A stretch of DNA of 30,491 bases from the NCBI GenBank assembly GCA_043808015.1, contig JAZDFI010000035.1, positions 1-30,491 on the forward strand, in the 5' to 3' direction. Below are positions 7,642 through 15,440 of the stretch, piece after piece (position 1 is the stretch's first letter; each line of letters begins with the position of its first letter). Below the pieces are notes generated by a model. The model did not search any database. It had not been told where the DNA came from and was given only the letters and a program-made list of their open reading frames with translations. Made by a program: the position numbers and the translations under genes. This DNA is from Candidatus Aenigmatarchaeota archaeon (lineage in GTDB: Archaea > Aenigmatarchaeota > Aenigmatarchaeia > QMZP01 > QMZT01).

Positions 7642-10600
7642 TTAGGAAACCATCTTTACAAGAATGTTTCTTATGTAACTCCTCAGGCCTTTAATGTCGC
7701 TTTTTATCTCTTCCCTTACGCTCTCGAGGTCGTCCATGTTGTCCTTTATCTTTGTGATTATGCGGTCTATCTTTTCCTTTGCCATGGAGAGCATGCCTGC
7801 CACTTCCTGGAATTTGGCGGCTCTTTGTTCGTCCCCTGACTTTTTGTAATAGTCCGCAAGAGCGTTTGCCTTCGTCTCGAACTTATCCATGCTCACTCTC
7901 ATGCTTTCGAGCTTAAGCGAAATTTCCAGGAAGTCTTCCTTGTCCACTTCCTTGACGCAGCATTTCTCGGATTTCGTCTTGCACGCGAGAGCCGAATCCT
8001 CGAAGCCGTCCTTGCACGAGTCCTGGAAGTATATGCAGTAACCGTTCTTCGTTTCGCACCCGGTTCCGGTTGCCTTTATATCGCTCGGGTATTTGTCGAG
8101 ATATGCATTTATCAGTTCTGTCGGATCTCTCTGCACGCACCTGTAATGCAAGACCATTTCGCATTCGCTGCCCTGTTTGCATGATGGCATGAATTCCTCT
8201 TTCGTCTCGCCTTCCATGCATGCGCATTCAGATGATAAAGAATCCGCGCCACAGTGTTTGAAGCTATTTGATGACTCAACAGCGACAGGCACGCCGGTTA
8301 TCATGCCCGTGAAAAAGCCGCCGCTCGCAGCCGAAGTCGTTGCAGCCGTTTGCGTCGCGCTAATGCTGGCTGAAGTTTCCGTGACGCCTGAAGCAATAAC
8401 TGACTTGGCCGCGCCACTCATTTGTGCGTACATTTCCTCGTTTATCACTATCAGGAACGAATCCTGAGTCCAGAAATAAACTTTCTGATTACCGCTTTTT
8501 ATAACATATATGAATTGGTCGCCAAACTTTTCCTCGCTTGGAGGATTGTATTTCAAAATCTCGCTAAGATATTTATTCAGGACGTCCCTGCTTTCAAATT
8601 CGCCAACCATCGCATCATAAATCTTGCCTGACTTTTCATATCTCGCTACATATACGGTGATGTCTTCAGAGCCTTGCATCAAATTTGAATCTTTGTAAAT
8701 GTAGCCGTCGATATCGCTGAGTATCAGGTATTTTTTTAGCAGGGAGTAGTCATAAACCCTGAAATATGCGCTATTCATCGACCTTTCTGATTTCACGCTG
8801 TAAGAGCCAACTGTTTTGGTTCCCGAGTAAACGCCGTTGAACTGGCATGTTGTGACGCTGCTGCACGGCGGGCAATAACCCCCAGGCTTGCATAGCGGGC
8901 ACTCTTCAGCCGTGTTGCATTCAGGTTTCATGACGATTTCCTGCAGGTTGCCGTAAGGGTCCTTGACATACACAGTCAGCTCCTGCAAGGTCATCTTTTC
9001 TTTGTCGAAGCGGTTTGTGCTTATCGCAACCTGTTCGCCTATGTCATAGTAGTATTTGTCCGTCTGTAAATTAAGGTATGTGAATGATGGAATGCATCGG
9101 TAGTATGTGCAGGTATTAGCCTTTATGCACGCCCCGTCATTGCAGCCGTTGGGGCATCTATAAAATTCAAAACCAGCTCCACCAGAAGTACAAAATCCTT
9201 CTGAAACATAAGGTCCACTTTCTGTGGGACCGCTACTAGTATACTCACCAAAGCATTTATCGCTCTCTGAACCCCTATCAAGGTTTGAAGCGGTAACAGT
9301 GCCTTTCACATAATAACTTTTGCCGTCATCGGAATCTGTGCATATCTTATTATTTGTCTCTGTAATTGCCGTACTGCTTGCAGTTTCCGTTACTGTAGAA
9401 CACGACGCTTCAAACTTCTCTTTTTTGAAGCCTTCCTGGCAGACGCAGTTATAGTCCTGTGACTGCGAACCGCAATAATTGATTGTCCCGCAGTCATTCG
9501 GGCAGTTCTTCTCGTTTTCAGGGACGGGACAGCCAACAGCAAGGCATGCTATGGTATCACAAACGCCATTGCCACAGCTTGGCGTGCAGTCGCGCGCGCA
9601 TTTCACATAACAATATTCACTGCAGCCGCATGTCGAAACATCCTTTGTCGTAGCCGCCGTTATAGCTCCGGTTATGGCAGCGGATGCCGCGCTCGAAGTA
9701 GCCGAGGTTGGTTCAACCGGACAAGTGGCGCATGTAGTCGTGCATACGAGTTCCTTTTCATCATTGCTGCAGTAGTTGTCTCCGCAGCTGCCGAGAATGT
9801 TTATGTGAATATTCTCTTTGTCATATACGTAATTGCAGCCTTCATCTGTTGATGAAGCCACGAAGATGAATTCGCCAAAATCATGGAAATCCTTCGGTAT
9901 CTGTGAAGAAGATTTGTATATGCCTGTAGAGTCGGTATACATTGTCGATGTCGGGTATTCATTGCCGTTATTTGTGTAATACAGGTTAAAGGCGTGGTTT
10001 GGCATCAGGTTCTTGCTATAGTCATAGAGCTTAATGGTCACTTCAAAATAATCGCCGGGATAGTAAACTTCCTTGTTGAAGCTCATGTCTATCAATATAG
10101 GGCAATTTTTTACGCAGTCCTGAGGACAGCTCTGCTGCGACTCGCCCATTTCACATACGCCATTGCCGCAAATGAAAGTGGGTTTGCAGTAGAAGTTGGC
10201 ATATTCGCTTTGGCCGTCTATTACCGTGTAAGCGTATCCGCCGCAGCTGCTCTTCCATGCCAGCTGCTGCCCCTTGCTGCCGTATACGTCGGTCACGCAG
10301 CTCCCGATGCCGTGACAGCTGAAGCCGGCATCGGAATAGCACTTGTTGTCTTCCGTTGCTCCATCGAAGATGCACTTGACCTGTTCTTTAACGTTGTCGC
10401 CGCCGATGCACGCCCCGTCCTTGCAGCCGTTGGGGCAGTTGTACATCTCCACATCCGCTTTGTTGTCGGATCTGCAGTAGTTCTCCTCAAGATATCCCGC
10501 AAACTGTATGTATGCAGGGTCGTTTGTTGGGATGCACCAGTCGTTGTGTGTGAATGGTTTTCCGTCAACATCAATGGAATTTATCATTCCCTTGACATAA

Positions 10601-11283
10601 TAGTTTTTTCCTCCGTCACTGTCTGTGCAACCAGTATTTTTTATACAGCTCCATATTGGCGTACAACTTTGGCTGCATCCTTGGAATGTTGAAACATAGC
10701 CTTGCTGGCATGACTCCACGGGAGAAATTGTACATATTGTGCCTATGCAACAACCATTCCCAGAAACATAACACGTATTGTTAGCCTGCTGATTTGTCCA
10801 CTGGCATTTGCCTGCATAACAGCTACAAACCTTCCCATATTTCTGTGCATTGTAGCAGTCCTTATATTCACATGTGGTTGCAGTTCCTTGACCCACTTTT
10901 TCGCAGACCTGTCCCGAGCAACCACCGGTCGTGCAATCCGAATCGCTTATGCATGTGGCATACGTGGATGTTCCGCAGAATTCGGAAATGCACGCCCCGT
11001 CCTTGCAGCCGTTAGGACATACATAATATTCAGGGTTAGTAATTGTGTTGCCATTGCAATACCATTCAGTAAGAGTATTTCCGCTGCATTGGTCGTATGT
11101 CGATGCATAACCGCCTTCATTGGTGTTCCCTTTTGTATATCCTTTAACATAATAGTTCTTGCCGCCGTCGGAATCGGTACACGTCAGAGCAGAAACAGAC
11201 GATACGAACAAAAACGCACATATAACAAGACCTAACAAAATTTTCTTAGATTTACAACCAACATTCATATTCTCAGCCTCCAT
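7642..11283 (-). CDS. Large secreted cysteine-rich mosaic surface protein (1213 aa)
   Basis: Signal peptide (KSKKILLGLVICAFLFVSSVSA); 3 CTDSD..CPNGCxDGAC modules; eight-Cys-cluster-like module; CGNGVC..CPxDC repeats; two MG2/Ig-like segments (NKEVYYPGD, TDKYYYDIGE); S/T/A linkers; C-terminal helical region. Confidence 0.88.
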   Translation of the reverse strand: MEAENMNVGCKSKKILLGLVICAFLFVSSVSALTCTDSDGGKNYYVKGYTKGNTNEGGYASTYDQCSGNTLTEWYCNGNTITNPEYYVCPNGCKDGACISEFCGTSTYATCISDSDCTTGGCSGQVCEKVGQGTATTCEYKDCYNAQKYGKVCSCYAGKCQWTNQQANNTCYVSGNGCCIGTICTISPVESCQQGYVSTFQGCSQSCTPIWSCIKNTGCTDSDGGKNYYVKGMINSIDVDGKPFTHNDWCIPTNDPAYIQFAGYLEENYCRSDNKADVEMYNCPNGCKDGACIGGDNVKEQVKCIFDGATEDNKCYSDAGFSCHGIGSCVTDVYGSKGQQLAWKSSCGGYAYTVIDGQSEYANFYCKPTFICGNGVCEMGESQQSCPQDCVKNCPILIDMSFNKEVYYPGDYFEVTIKLYDYSKNLMPNHAFNLYYTNNGNEYPTSTMYTDSTGIYKSSSQIPKDFHDFGEFIFVASSTDEGCNYVYDKENIHINILGSCGDNYCSNDEKELVCTTTCATCPVEPTSATSSAASAAITGAITAATTKDVSTCGCSEYCYVKCARDCTPSCGNGVCDTIACLAVGCPVPENEKNCPNDCGTINYCGSQSQDYNCVCQEGFKKEKFEASCSTVTETASSTAITETNNKICTDSDDGKSYYVKGTVTASNLDRGSESDKCFGEYTSSGPTESGPYVSEGFCTSGGAGFEFYRCPNGCNDGACIKANTCTYYRCIPSFTYLNLQTDKYYYDIGEQVAISTNRFDKEKMTLQELTVYVKDPYGNLQEIVMKPECNTAEECPLCKPGGYCPPCSSVTTCQFNGVYSGTKTVGSYSVKSERSMNSAYFRVYDYSLLKKYLILSDIDGYIYKDSNLMQGSEDITVYVARYEKSGKIYDAMVGEFESRDVLNKYLSEILKYNPPSEEKFGDQFIYVIKSGNQKVYFWTQDSFLIVINEEMYAQMSGAAKSVIASGVTETSASISATQTAATTSAASGGFFTGMITGVPVAVESSNSFKHCGADSLSSECACMEGETKEEFMPSCKQGSECEMVLHYRCVQRDPTELINAYLDKYPSDIKATGTGCETKNGYCIYFQDSCKDGFEDSALACKTKSEKCCVKEVDKEDFLEISLKLESMRVSMDKFETKANALADYYKKSGDEQRAAKFQEVAGMLSMAKEKIDRIITKIKDNMDDLESVREEIKSDIKGLRSYIRNILVKMVS
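9125..11013 (-). repeat. Three dispersed copies of a 26-bp intragenic direct repeat
   Basis: + strand ATGCACGCCCCGTCCTTGCAGCCGTT is exact at 10988-11013 and 10406-10431, with one mismatch at 9125-9150. The latter two extend to 32 bp with GGGGCA. Confidence 0.92.
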
Positions 11284-11391
11284 GAAGCAAAATCAAAAGT
11301 TCGATTTTCATACTTGATAAATTATTATTGATTTGCCAATAATTTAAACCATTACGTTTTCTTTCGGTTTTTTACTCAGAAACGAGTGGCA

Positions 11392-12729
11392 CTACATGCC
11401 GCCGGCCATTCCAAATTGCTTCGCCATTTTCGCGAACGGACCGCGCTTGAATGCCTTTGCGCTTCCGGTCATTTTCAGCATCTTCTTTATCTGCTCGTAA
11501 CTTTTCAGAAGTTCCTTCACGTCAGAGGGCTGCGTGCCCGACCCTTTGGCGATTCTCGTTATGCGGTTCTGCTTTATCAGCTCGGGGTCATCGCGCTCTG
11601 CCTTGGTCATGGAGTTTATTATGTGCTTCCACTTCTTCATTTTCCCTTCCTGCACGTCGAGGAAGTTCGGCGGCAGCTTCTTCATCATTCCGCCGCCCGA
11701 CATCCCCGGAATCATGTCCATGACTTTTGTAAGCGAGCCCATTTTCTGCAGCGAGTTGAGCTGCTCGAAGAACTCGTTCATCGTGAACTTGCCTTCCATC
11801 ATTTTCTTCGCGGTCTCTTCGGCGCCGGCTTCCTTCGCCTTTTCCAGCAGGCCCTGCAGGTCGCCGTAGCCTATGAGCCTCGAGACGAAGCGCTGCGGGT
11901 CGTATTCCTCAAAATCATCGACTTTCTCGCCCACGCCTATCATGCGGACGGTCGAACCTGACACCCTGGTCGCCGCGAGCGATCCGCCGCCTCGCGCCGT
12001 GCCGTCCATCTTGGTGATTATGACGCCGGTTATGCCGACGAGCTTGTTGAACTCCTCCGCCTGTTTTCTAGCGGCCTGGCCTATGTCCGCTGGAATGACG
12101 AGGAAGACTTCGTCGGGCTTTATGACCTCGCCCATCTTCTTCAGCTCGCGAGCGAGCTCGCCATCAAGCGCGTCGCGTCCGGCCGAGTCGAATATCATTA
12201 TGTTTTCCTTCGCCTTTTCCGCGGCGTTCTTGGCTATATCCTCTGGTTTCTTGCCCTCGTCGTAAACATGAACTTCCAGCTGTTTCCCTAGCTGTCTCAG
12301 CTGTTCCTGCGCCGCTGCGCGGTGCGTGTCGCAGGCGACGAGTGCGACTGAAAGCCCGCGCTTCTTGAACCACAATGCGAGCTTGCCGCATGTCGTCGTC
12401 TTGCCGGAGCCGAACAGGCCGACGAGCAGGATGCGCTGGTTCTTCAGTTCCAGCTTTCCTTTCTCCCGGCCGAGAAGAGCGACGATCTCGTCGTAAAGCG
12501 TTTTAATAAAGAACTCTTTGAGCGTCATTCCCTTGGGCGTCTCTTTCAGAACCTTTTCCTTTATGCTCTTGGTCATCTCGAACACGAGCTTGACGTCGAC
12601 GTCCGACTGTATCATCGTCCGCTGCAGGTCGCGCAGTATAGCTTCGACTGCCTCTTTGTCCACGACGCCGAGTCCCATGACTCTTTTGAAGACGTCTTTT
12701 ATGCCCGAGCCGAACTTGTCCAGTACCAT
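11392..12729 (-). CDS. srp54: Signal recognition particle 54 kDa protein
   Basis: GLFGSGKTTT, DSAGR and TKMDG GTPase motifs; Met-rich M domain with IINSMTKAER and RIAKGSG. Confidence 0.97.
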   Translation of the reverse strand: MVLDKFGSGIKDVFKRVMGLGVVDKEAVEAILRDLQRTMIQSDVDVKLVFEMTKSIKEKVLKETPKGMTLKEFFIKTLYDEIVALLGREKGKLELKNQRILLVGLFGSGKTTTCGKLALWFKKRGLSVALVACDTHRAAAQEQLRQLGKQLEVHVYDEGKKPEDIAKNAAEKAKENIMIFDSAGRDALDGELARELKKMGEVIKPDEVFLVIPADIGQAARKQAEEFNKLVGITGVIITKMDGTARGGGSLAATRVSGSTVRMIGVGEKVDDFEEYDPQRFVSRLIGYGDLQGLLEKAKEAGAEETAKKMMEGKFTMNEFFEQLNSLQKMGSLTKVMDMIPGMSGGGMMKKLPPNFLDVQEGKMKKWKHIINSMTKAERDDPELIKQNRITRIAKGSGTQPSDVKELLKSYEQIKKMLKMTGSAKAFKRGPFAKMAKQFGMAGGM

Positions 12730-12819
12730 GTTTTCCCTAGCGTTGTTATAGAATTATTGGCAGTATATAAATATTCCACGACGGAGAAACAGCTAGACTG
12801 TAAGCAAGCGAAAATATAA

Positions 12820-12852
12820 ATGAAAACAAAAAGAAAAAAAACAAGAGAAGAA
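12820..12852 (-). terminator. Archaeal T-rich terminator of the 51-aa gene
   Basis: Minus strand reads TTCTTCTCTTGTTTTTTTTCTTTTTGTTTTCAT a few nt after the stop codon at 12859. Confidence 0.7.
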
Positions 12853-12858
12853 ACCCGT

Positions 12859-13014
12859 TTACTTTCCTGCGAGTTTCTTGCTCTTAACGACGACCCACAA
12901 TTTCTTTGTCATTTCGCTTGGAGTTATCTTACCCTTGCCGAAAACGTCTTCAAGAGTTTCTTTTCTGCCGGCAAAGCAAATTGTGTAACCACCAAAAGCA
13001 ACTTTCTTAGCCAT
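12859..13014 (-). CDS. 51-aa basic protein resembling the first half of a SWIB/MDM2 domain (not in ORF track)
   Basis: Manual translation MAKKVAFGGYTICFAGRKETLEDVFGKGKITPSEMTKKLWVVVKSKKLAGK; RBS GGGGTG at 13021-13026; TATA at about 13060-13067; T-rich terminator. Confidence 0.85.
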   Translation of the reverse strand: MAKKVAFGGYTICFAGRKETLEDVFGKGKITPSEMTKKLWVVVKSKKLAGK

Positions 13015-13058
13015 AGTTTACACCCCTTAGAATTTTATAATATTGTTTGCACATTCTG

Positions 13059-13134
13059 CCTTATATACCTTTAGAGGGAGAATTGGCATAAACCGCACTC
13101 GGTTAAAAGCCCGGTTTACCGAAAGCTTTATATA
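13059..13134. promoter_or_regulatory. Divergent archaeal promoters
   Basis: Minus strand AAAGG-TATATAAG (TATA about 13060-13067); plus strand CCGAAAGC-TTTATATA (13119-13134); inverted repeat TAAACCG/CGGTTTA between them. Confidence 0.7.
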
Positions 13135-13209
13135 CCCTTGAACCAATAATGTAGTATATTTTAACTATTAACAAGTGACAAATAGTCATAAATAATTGAG
13201 GGTGATTTG

Positions 13210-13710
13210 ATGATGAACGCGGACCAAATCAAGAAAGAGATAGACCATGATTATGCAGCCATGAGCAGGCGCAAATTTTTAAACATCGGGACCGCTGTTT
13301 TAGCTGGCGCCGGCTTAGGTTATGTGGGCGGCAATGCTTACACCAATGTCGAAACTAGAGATTCCCTTGAAAACATGAGCGGCTTTGTCGAAAGGCTAAA
13401 CGGCACGTCTTTCAGGACTGAAAACCTCTCACCGGAAGGATTTCACGGAACGCCGGAGTTTAAACCCGACGAAATGGAAAGCCTGATCGGTGTAAAATTC
13501 GATGCCGTGAACCCTGTCCGCGTATCTGAGCCGGGGAAAATTTTCATGAGCATATTTGCACCCAAAAGATACGGGAGAATTAAAGAAACGGAAAGCCAGT
13601 GCTGGGAGCTGTACAAAAACAGGGTGCTTAAGCTTAACAACTCAAACGATTTCGGCCAGCTCGCTGAAGCCGTGAAAGAACACGGATTGCTGTATATTCC
13701 AGACATCTAG
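13210..13710 (+). CDS. Hypothetical exported or membrane-anchored protein with a twin-arginine-like signal
   Basis: SRRKFL followed by a hydrophobic Gly-rich stretch; RBS GAGGGTGA; start uncertain (13207, 13210 or 13213). Confidence 0.75.
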   Translation: MMNADQIKKEIDHDYAAMSRRKFLNIGTAVLAGAGLGYVGGNAYTNVETRDSLENMSGFVERLNGTSFRTENLSPEGFHGTPEFKPDEMESLIGVKFDAVNPVRVSEPGKIFMSIFAPKRYGRIKETESQCWELYKNRVLKLNNSNDFGQLAEAVKEHGLLYIPDI

Positions 13711-13732
13711 TGCTGTAAATGGGGTTGGATTT

Positions 13733-13972
13733 ATGACATTTAAAAGCCATATCGGAAGAGTCGTAATTGCAGATTACGGCTTCGACTTTGCAGGCGGAAA
13801 ATCACAAACCATTTTCGGTCAGATTGACTCTCATGGAGGCGTTCCTTCAAACCATTACATTGTTTACGAGGCTTCTGGTACTAACATGAAAAAACTGCGA
13901 AGTGAAATAGATTCATTTGGAAGAAAATATGCAAAAACATTCGGCCAAGCATACAGCCCTTTGCATGCTTAA
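13733..13972 (+). CDS. Small hypothetical protein
   Basis: 79-aa ORF with G-rich RBS-like GGGGTTGG; fills the gap and converges on aIF2alpha. Confidence 0.6.
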   Translation: MTFKSHIGRVVIADYGFDFAGGKSQTIFGQIDSHGGVPSNHYIVYEASGTNMKKLRSEIDSFGRKYAKTFGQAYSPLHA

Positions 13973-13975
13973 TTC

Positions 13976-14728
13976 TTACTTCTCCAGCTCGAAAGACGCT
14001 TCGCCGAACTTGTTGAACTCTTTCACGACGTCCTCGCAGATCGTGCGAATCCTGCCCTCGACTTCCTTGTAGTTGTTCCCCTCACCCACGATTATGTATT
14101 TCGGCGCCGAGACGTACTGGACCTTTATGCCCTGGCCTTTCACTGTGAGCAGGATCTTCTTTATGATTTCCACGCCGTTCGGCTCGTTGGTAATGAGGCT
14201 GAGATGGCCCTTGACTATGAACGTCTTCTCCGAATAGTTCTTCTTGGCTATGTCCTTTATCGCGGCAGACCACTTGGCCGGCAGGCCCTTGCGGTCGAGA
14301 AGATCGGGAGTCTTGGCCGCGATCTCGAAAAGCTTGGTGTAGGAGCCGAATTCCTCGATAATGAAGTCCCCTATCTCCTTCTTGGCCAGCTCGAGCGTTT
14401 TGCCGATTTCCTTGGCGGACATCTCGAGCAGCTTTTCCGTGCGTTTTTCTCGTTTGAACTCGTTGAGCTTGCGCACCGTGTCCTCGCGGTGGACGCGTTT
14501 CATCGAAAGCGATATGCCCTCAGGCCGCACGTCAATGACGCGGCATACCAGGTACTCGTTCTCCTTGACGAACTCGCGTATGTCCCTTACCCAGCGGGAA
14601 GCGACTTCAGAAACGTGAATCATGCCCGTTGTTTCGTATTCGATTATCTGCGCTATGGCAGAGTGCGGGTTTATCCTGGTTATCCTGCATACGACAAGTT
14701 CCCCATATCTCGGCAGTCTGTCCTTCAT
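13976..14728 (-). CDS. eif2a: Translation initiation factor 2 subunit alpha
   Basis: LPRYGELVV S1 domain, IHVSEVASRWVRDIREFV, SLSMKRV, YVSAPKY. Confidence 0.96.
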   Translation of the reverse strand: MKDRLPRYGELVVCRITRINPHSAIAQIIEYETTGMIHVSEVASRWVRDIREFVKENEYLVCRVIDVRPEGISLSMKRVHREDTVRKLNEFKREKRTEKLLEMSAKEIGKTLELAKKEIGDFIIEEFGSYTKLFEIAAKTPDLLDRKGLPAKWSAAIKDIAKKNYSEKTFIVKGHLSLITNEPNGVEIIKKILLTVKGQGIKVQYVSAPKYIIVGEGNNYKEVEGRIRTICEDVVKEFNKFGEASFELEK

Positions 14729-14729
14729 T

Positions 14730-14894
14730 TCAGACCTCGGAAGCGCCTTCGTTCGCTATCACGGCTTTGCCGCCGGTGGGCTTGGCAAGAACCTCGCCGC
14801 ATACCAGGCATTTCACCATGGTCGCGGATTTCTCAAAAACAACCTGTTCGTTCTTGCACTTCTCGCATTTTACATGAAAGAATTTCGAAACCAT
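14730..14894 (-). CDS. rps27e: 30S ribosomal protein S27e (not in ORF track)
   Basis: Manual translation [54 protein letters not shown] (54 aa); RBS GGAGGAGTGA. Confidence 0.96.
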   Translation of the reverse strand: MVSKFFHVKCEKCKNEQVVFEKSATMVKCLVCGEVLAKPTGGKAVIANEGASEV

Positions 14895-14915
14895 ACAATC
14901 ACTCCTCCAACGCGC

Positions 14916-15242
14916 CTACTTCTTGGCCGCCGTAGCCTCTGCACCTGCGGTCTTTGCGCCTCTCTTTGCCTTGCGCTTCTCGATGACGTCCAGCTTGTGC
15001 TTCGGCATCTTCGACTTTTCCTCGTAAACGAGCGCCTTGACGAGCGATTCTCCCTTGCCTGTCGTAGTGAATATCCTCTCGATGATTATGTGCTCGCCGC
15101 TCATCTTCAGCACGCTTTCCAGCGACGGCAGGATTTGCTCGCGCGTCGGCGTAGGCTTGCCGTGATGCTCGTATAACGCCTTAATCTCGTCACGCCCCAT
15201 GAGGGCGTTCTTCTTGTGCTCTAAAATCTTTAATGTCATCAT
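14916..15242 (-). CDS. rps24e: 30S ribosomal protein S24e
   Basis: KKNALMGRDEI...HHGKPTPTREQI pattern, directly after spt4 with an ATGA overlap. Confidence 0.88.
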   Translation of the reverse strand: MMTLKILEHKKNALMGRDEIKALYEHHGKPTPTREQILPSLESVLKMSGEHIIIERIFTTTGKGESLVKALVYEEKSKMPKHKLDVIEKRKAKRGAKTAGAEATAAKK

Positions 15243-15430
15243 TTCACCCACAATGCATATTTGCCCGGCACGTTTATGCCGAGCAGCTTGGCTATCTCAG
15301 ACTCGTTGGGATCGTTTATGACGACGATGCCCTTCCACGTTTTTGTAAAATCTTTGGTGCCGCACGCGGGGCATTTCTCGTCGTAAACGAACCTCTTGCA
15401 CGTCTTGCAGACTTTTTCCCTGTCAACCAT
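15239..15430 (-). CDS. spt4: Transcription elongation factor Spt4 (RpoE'')
   Basis: CKTC...CPACG zinc ribbon, WKGIVVINDP, SEIAKLLGI..PGKYAL. Real start is ATG 15430, not the longer ORF-track start. Confidence 0.95.
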   Translation of the reverse strand: MVDREKVCKTCKRFVYDEKCPACGTKDFTKTWKGIVVINDPNESEIAKLLGINVPGKYALWVK

Positions 15431-15440
15431 AAATTCACGC

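Noticed and set aside
9125-11181. Diversity-generating retroelement or CRISPR interpretation of the repeats
   Set aside because: No reverse transcriptase or cas gene, no long template/variable pair differing only at adenines, and the repeats are in-frame coding sequence with irregular spacing.
12730-12858. SRP RNA or other ncRNA next to srp54
   Set aside because: The region is too short and AT-rich, and is explained by the srp54 promoter and the upstream terminator.
12820-13074. 84-aa plus-strand ORF in the track
   Set aside because: It is antisense to the 51-aa gene, which has the RBS, promoter and terminator; its N-terminus is simply the terminator A-tract.
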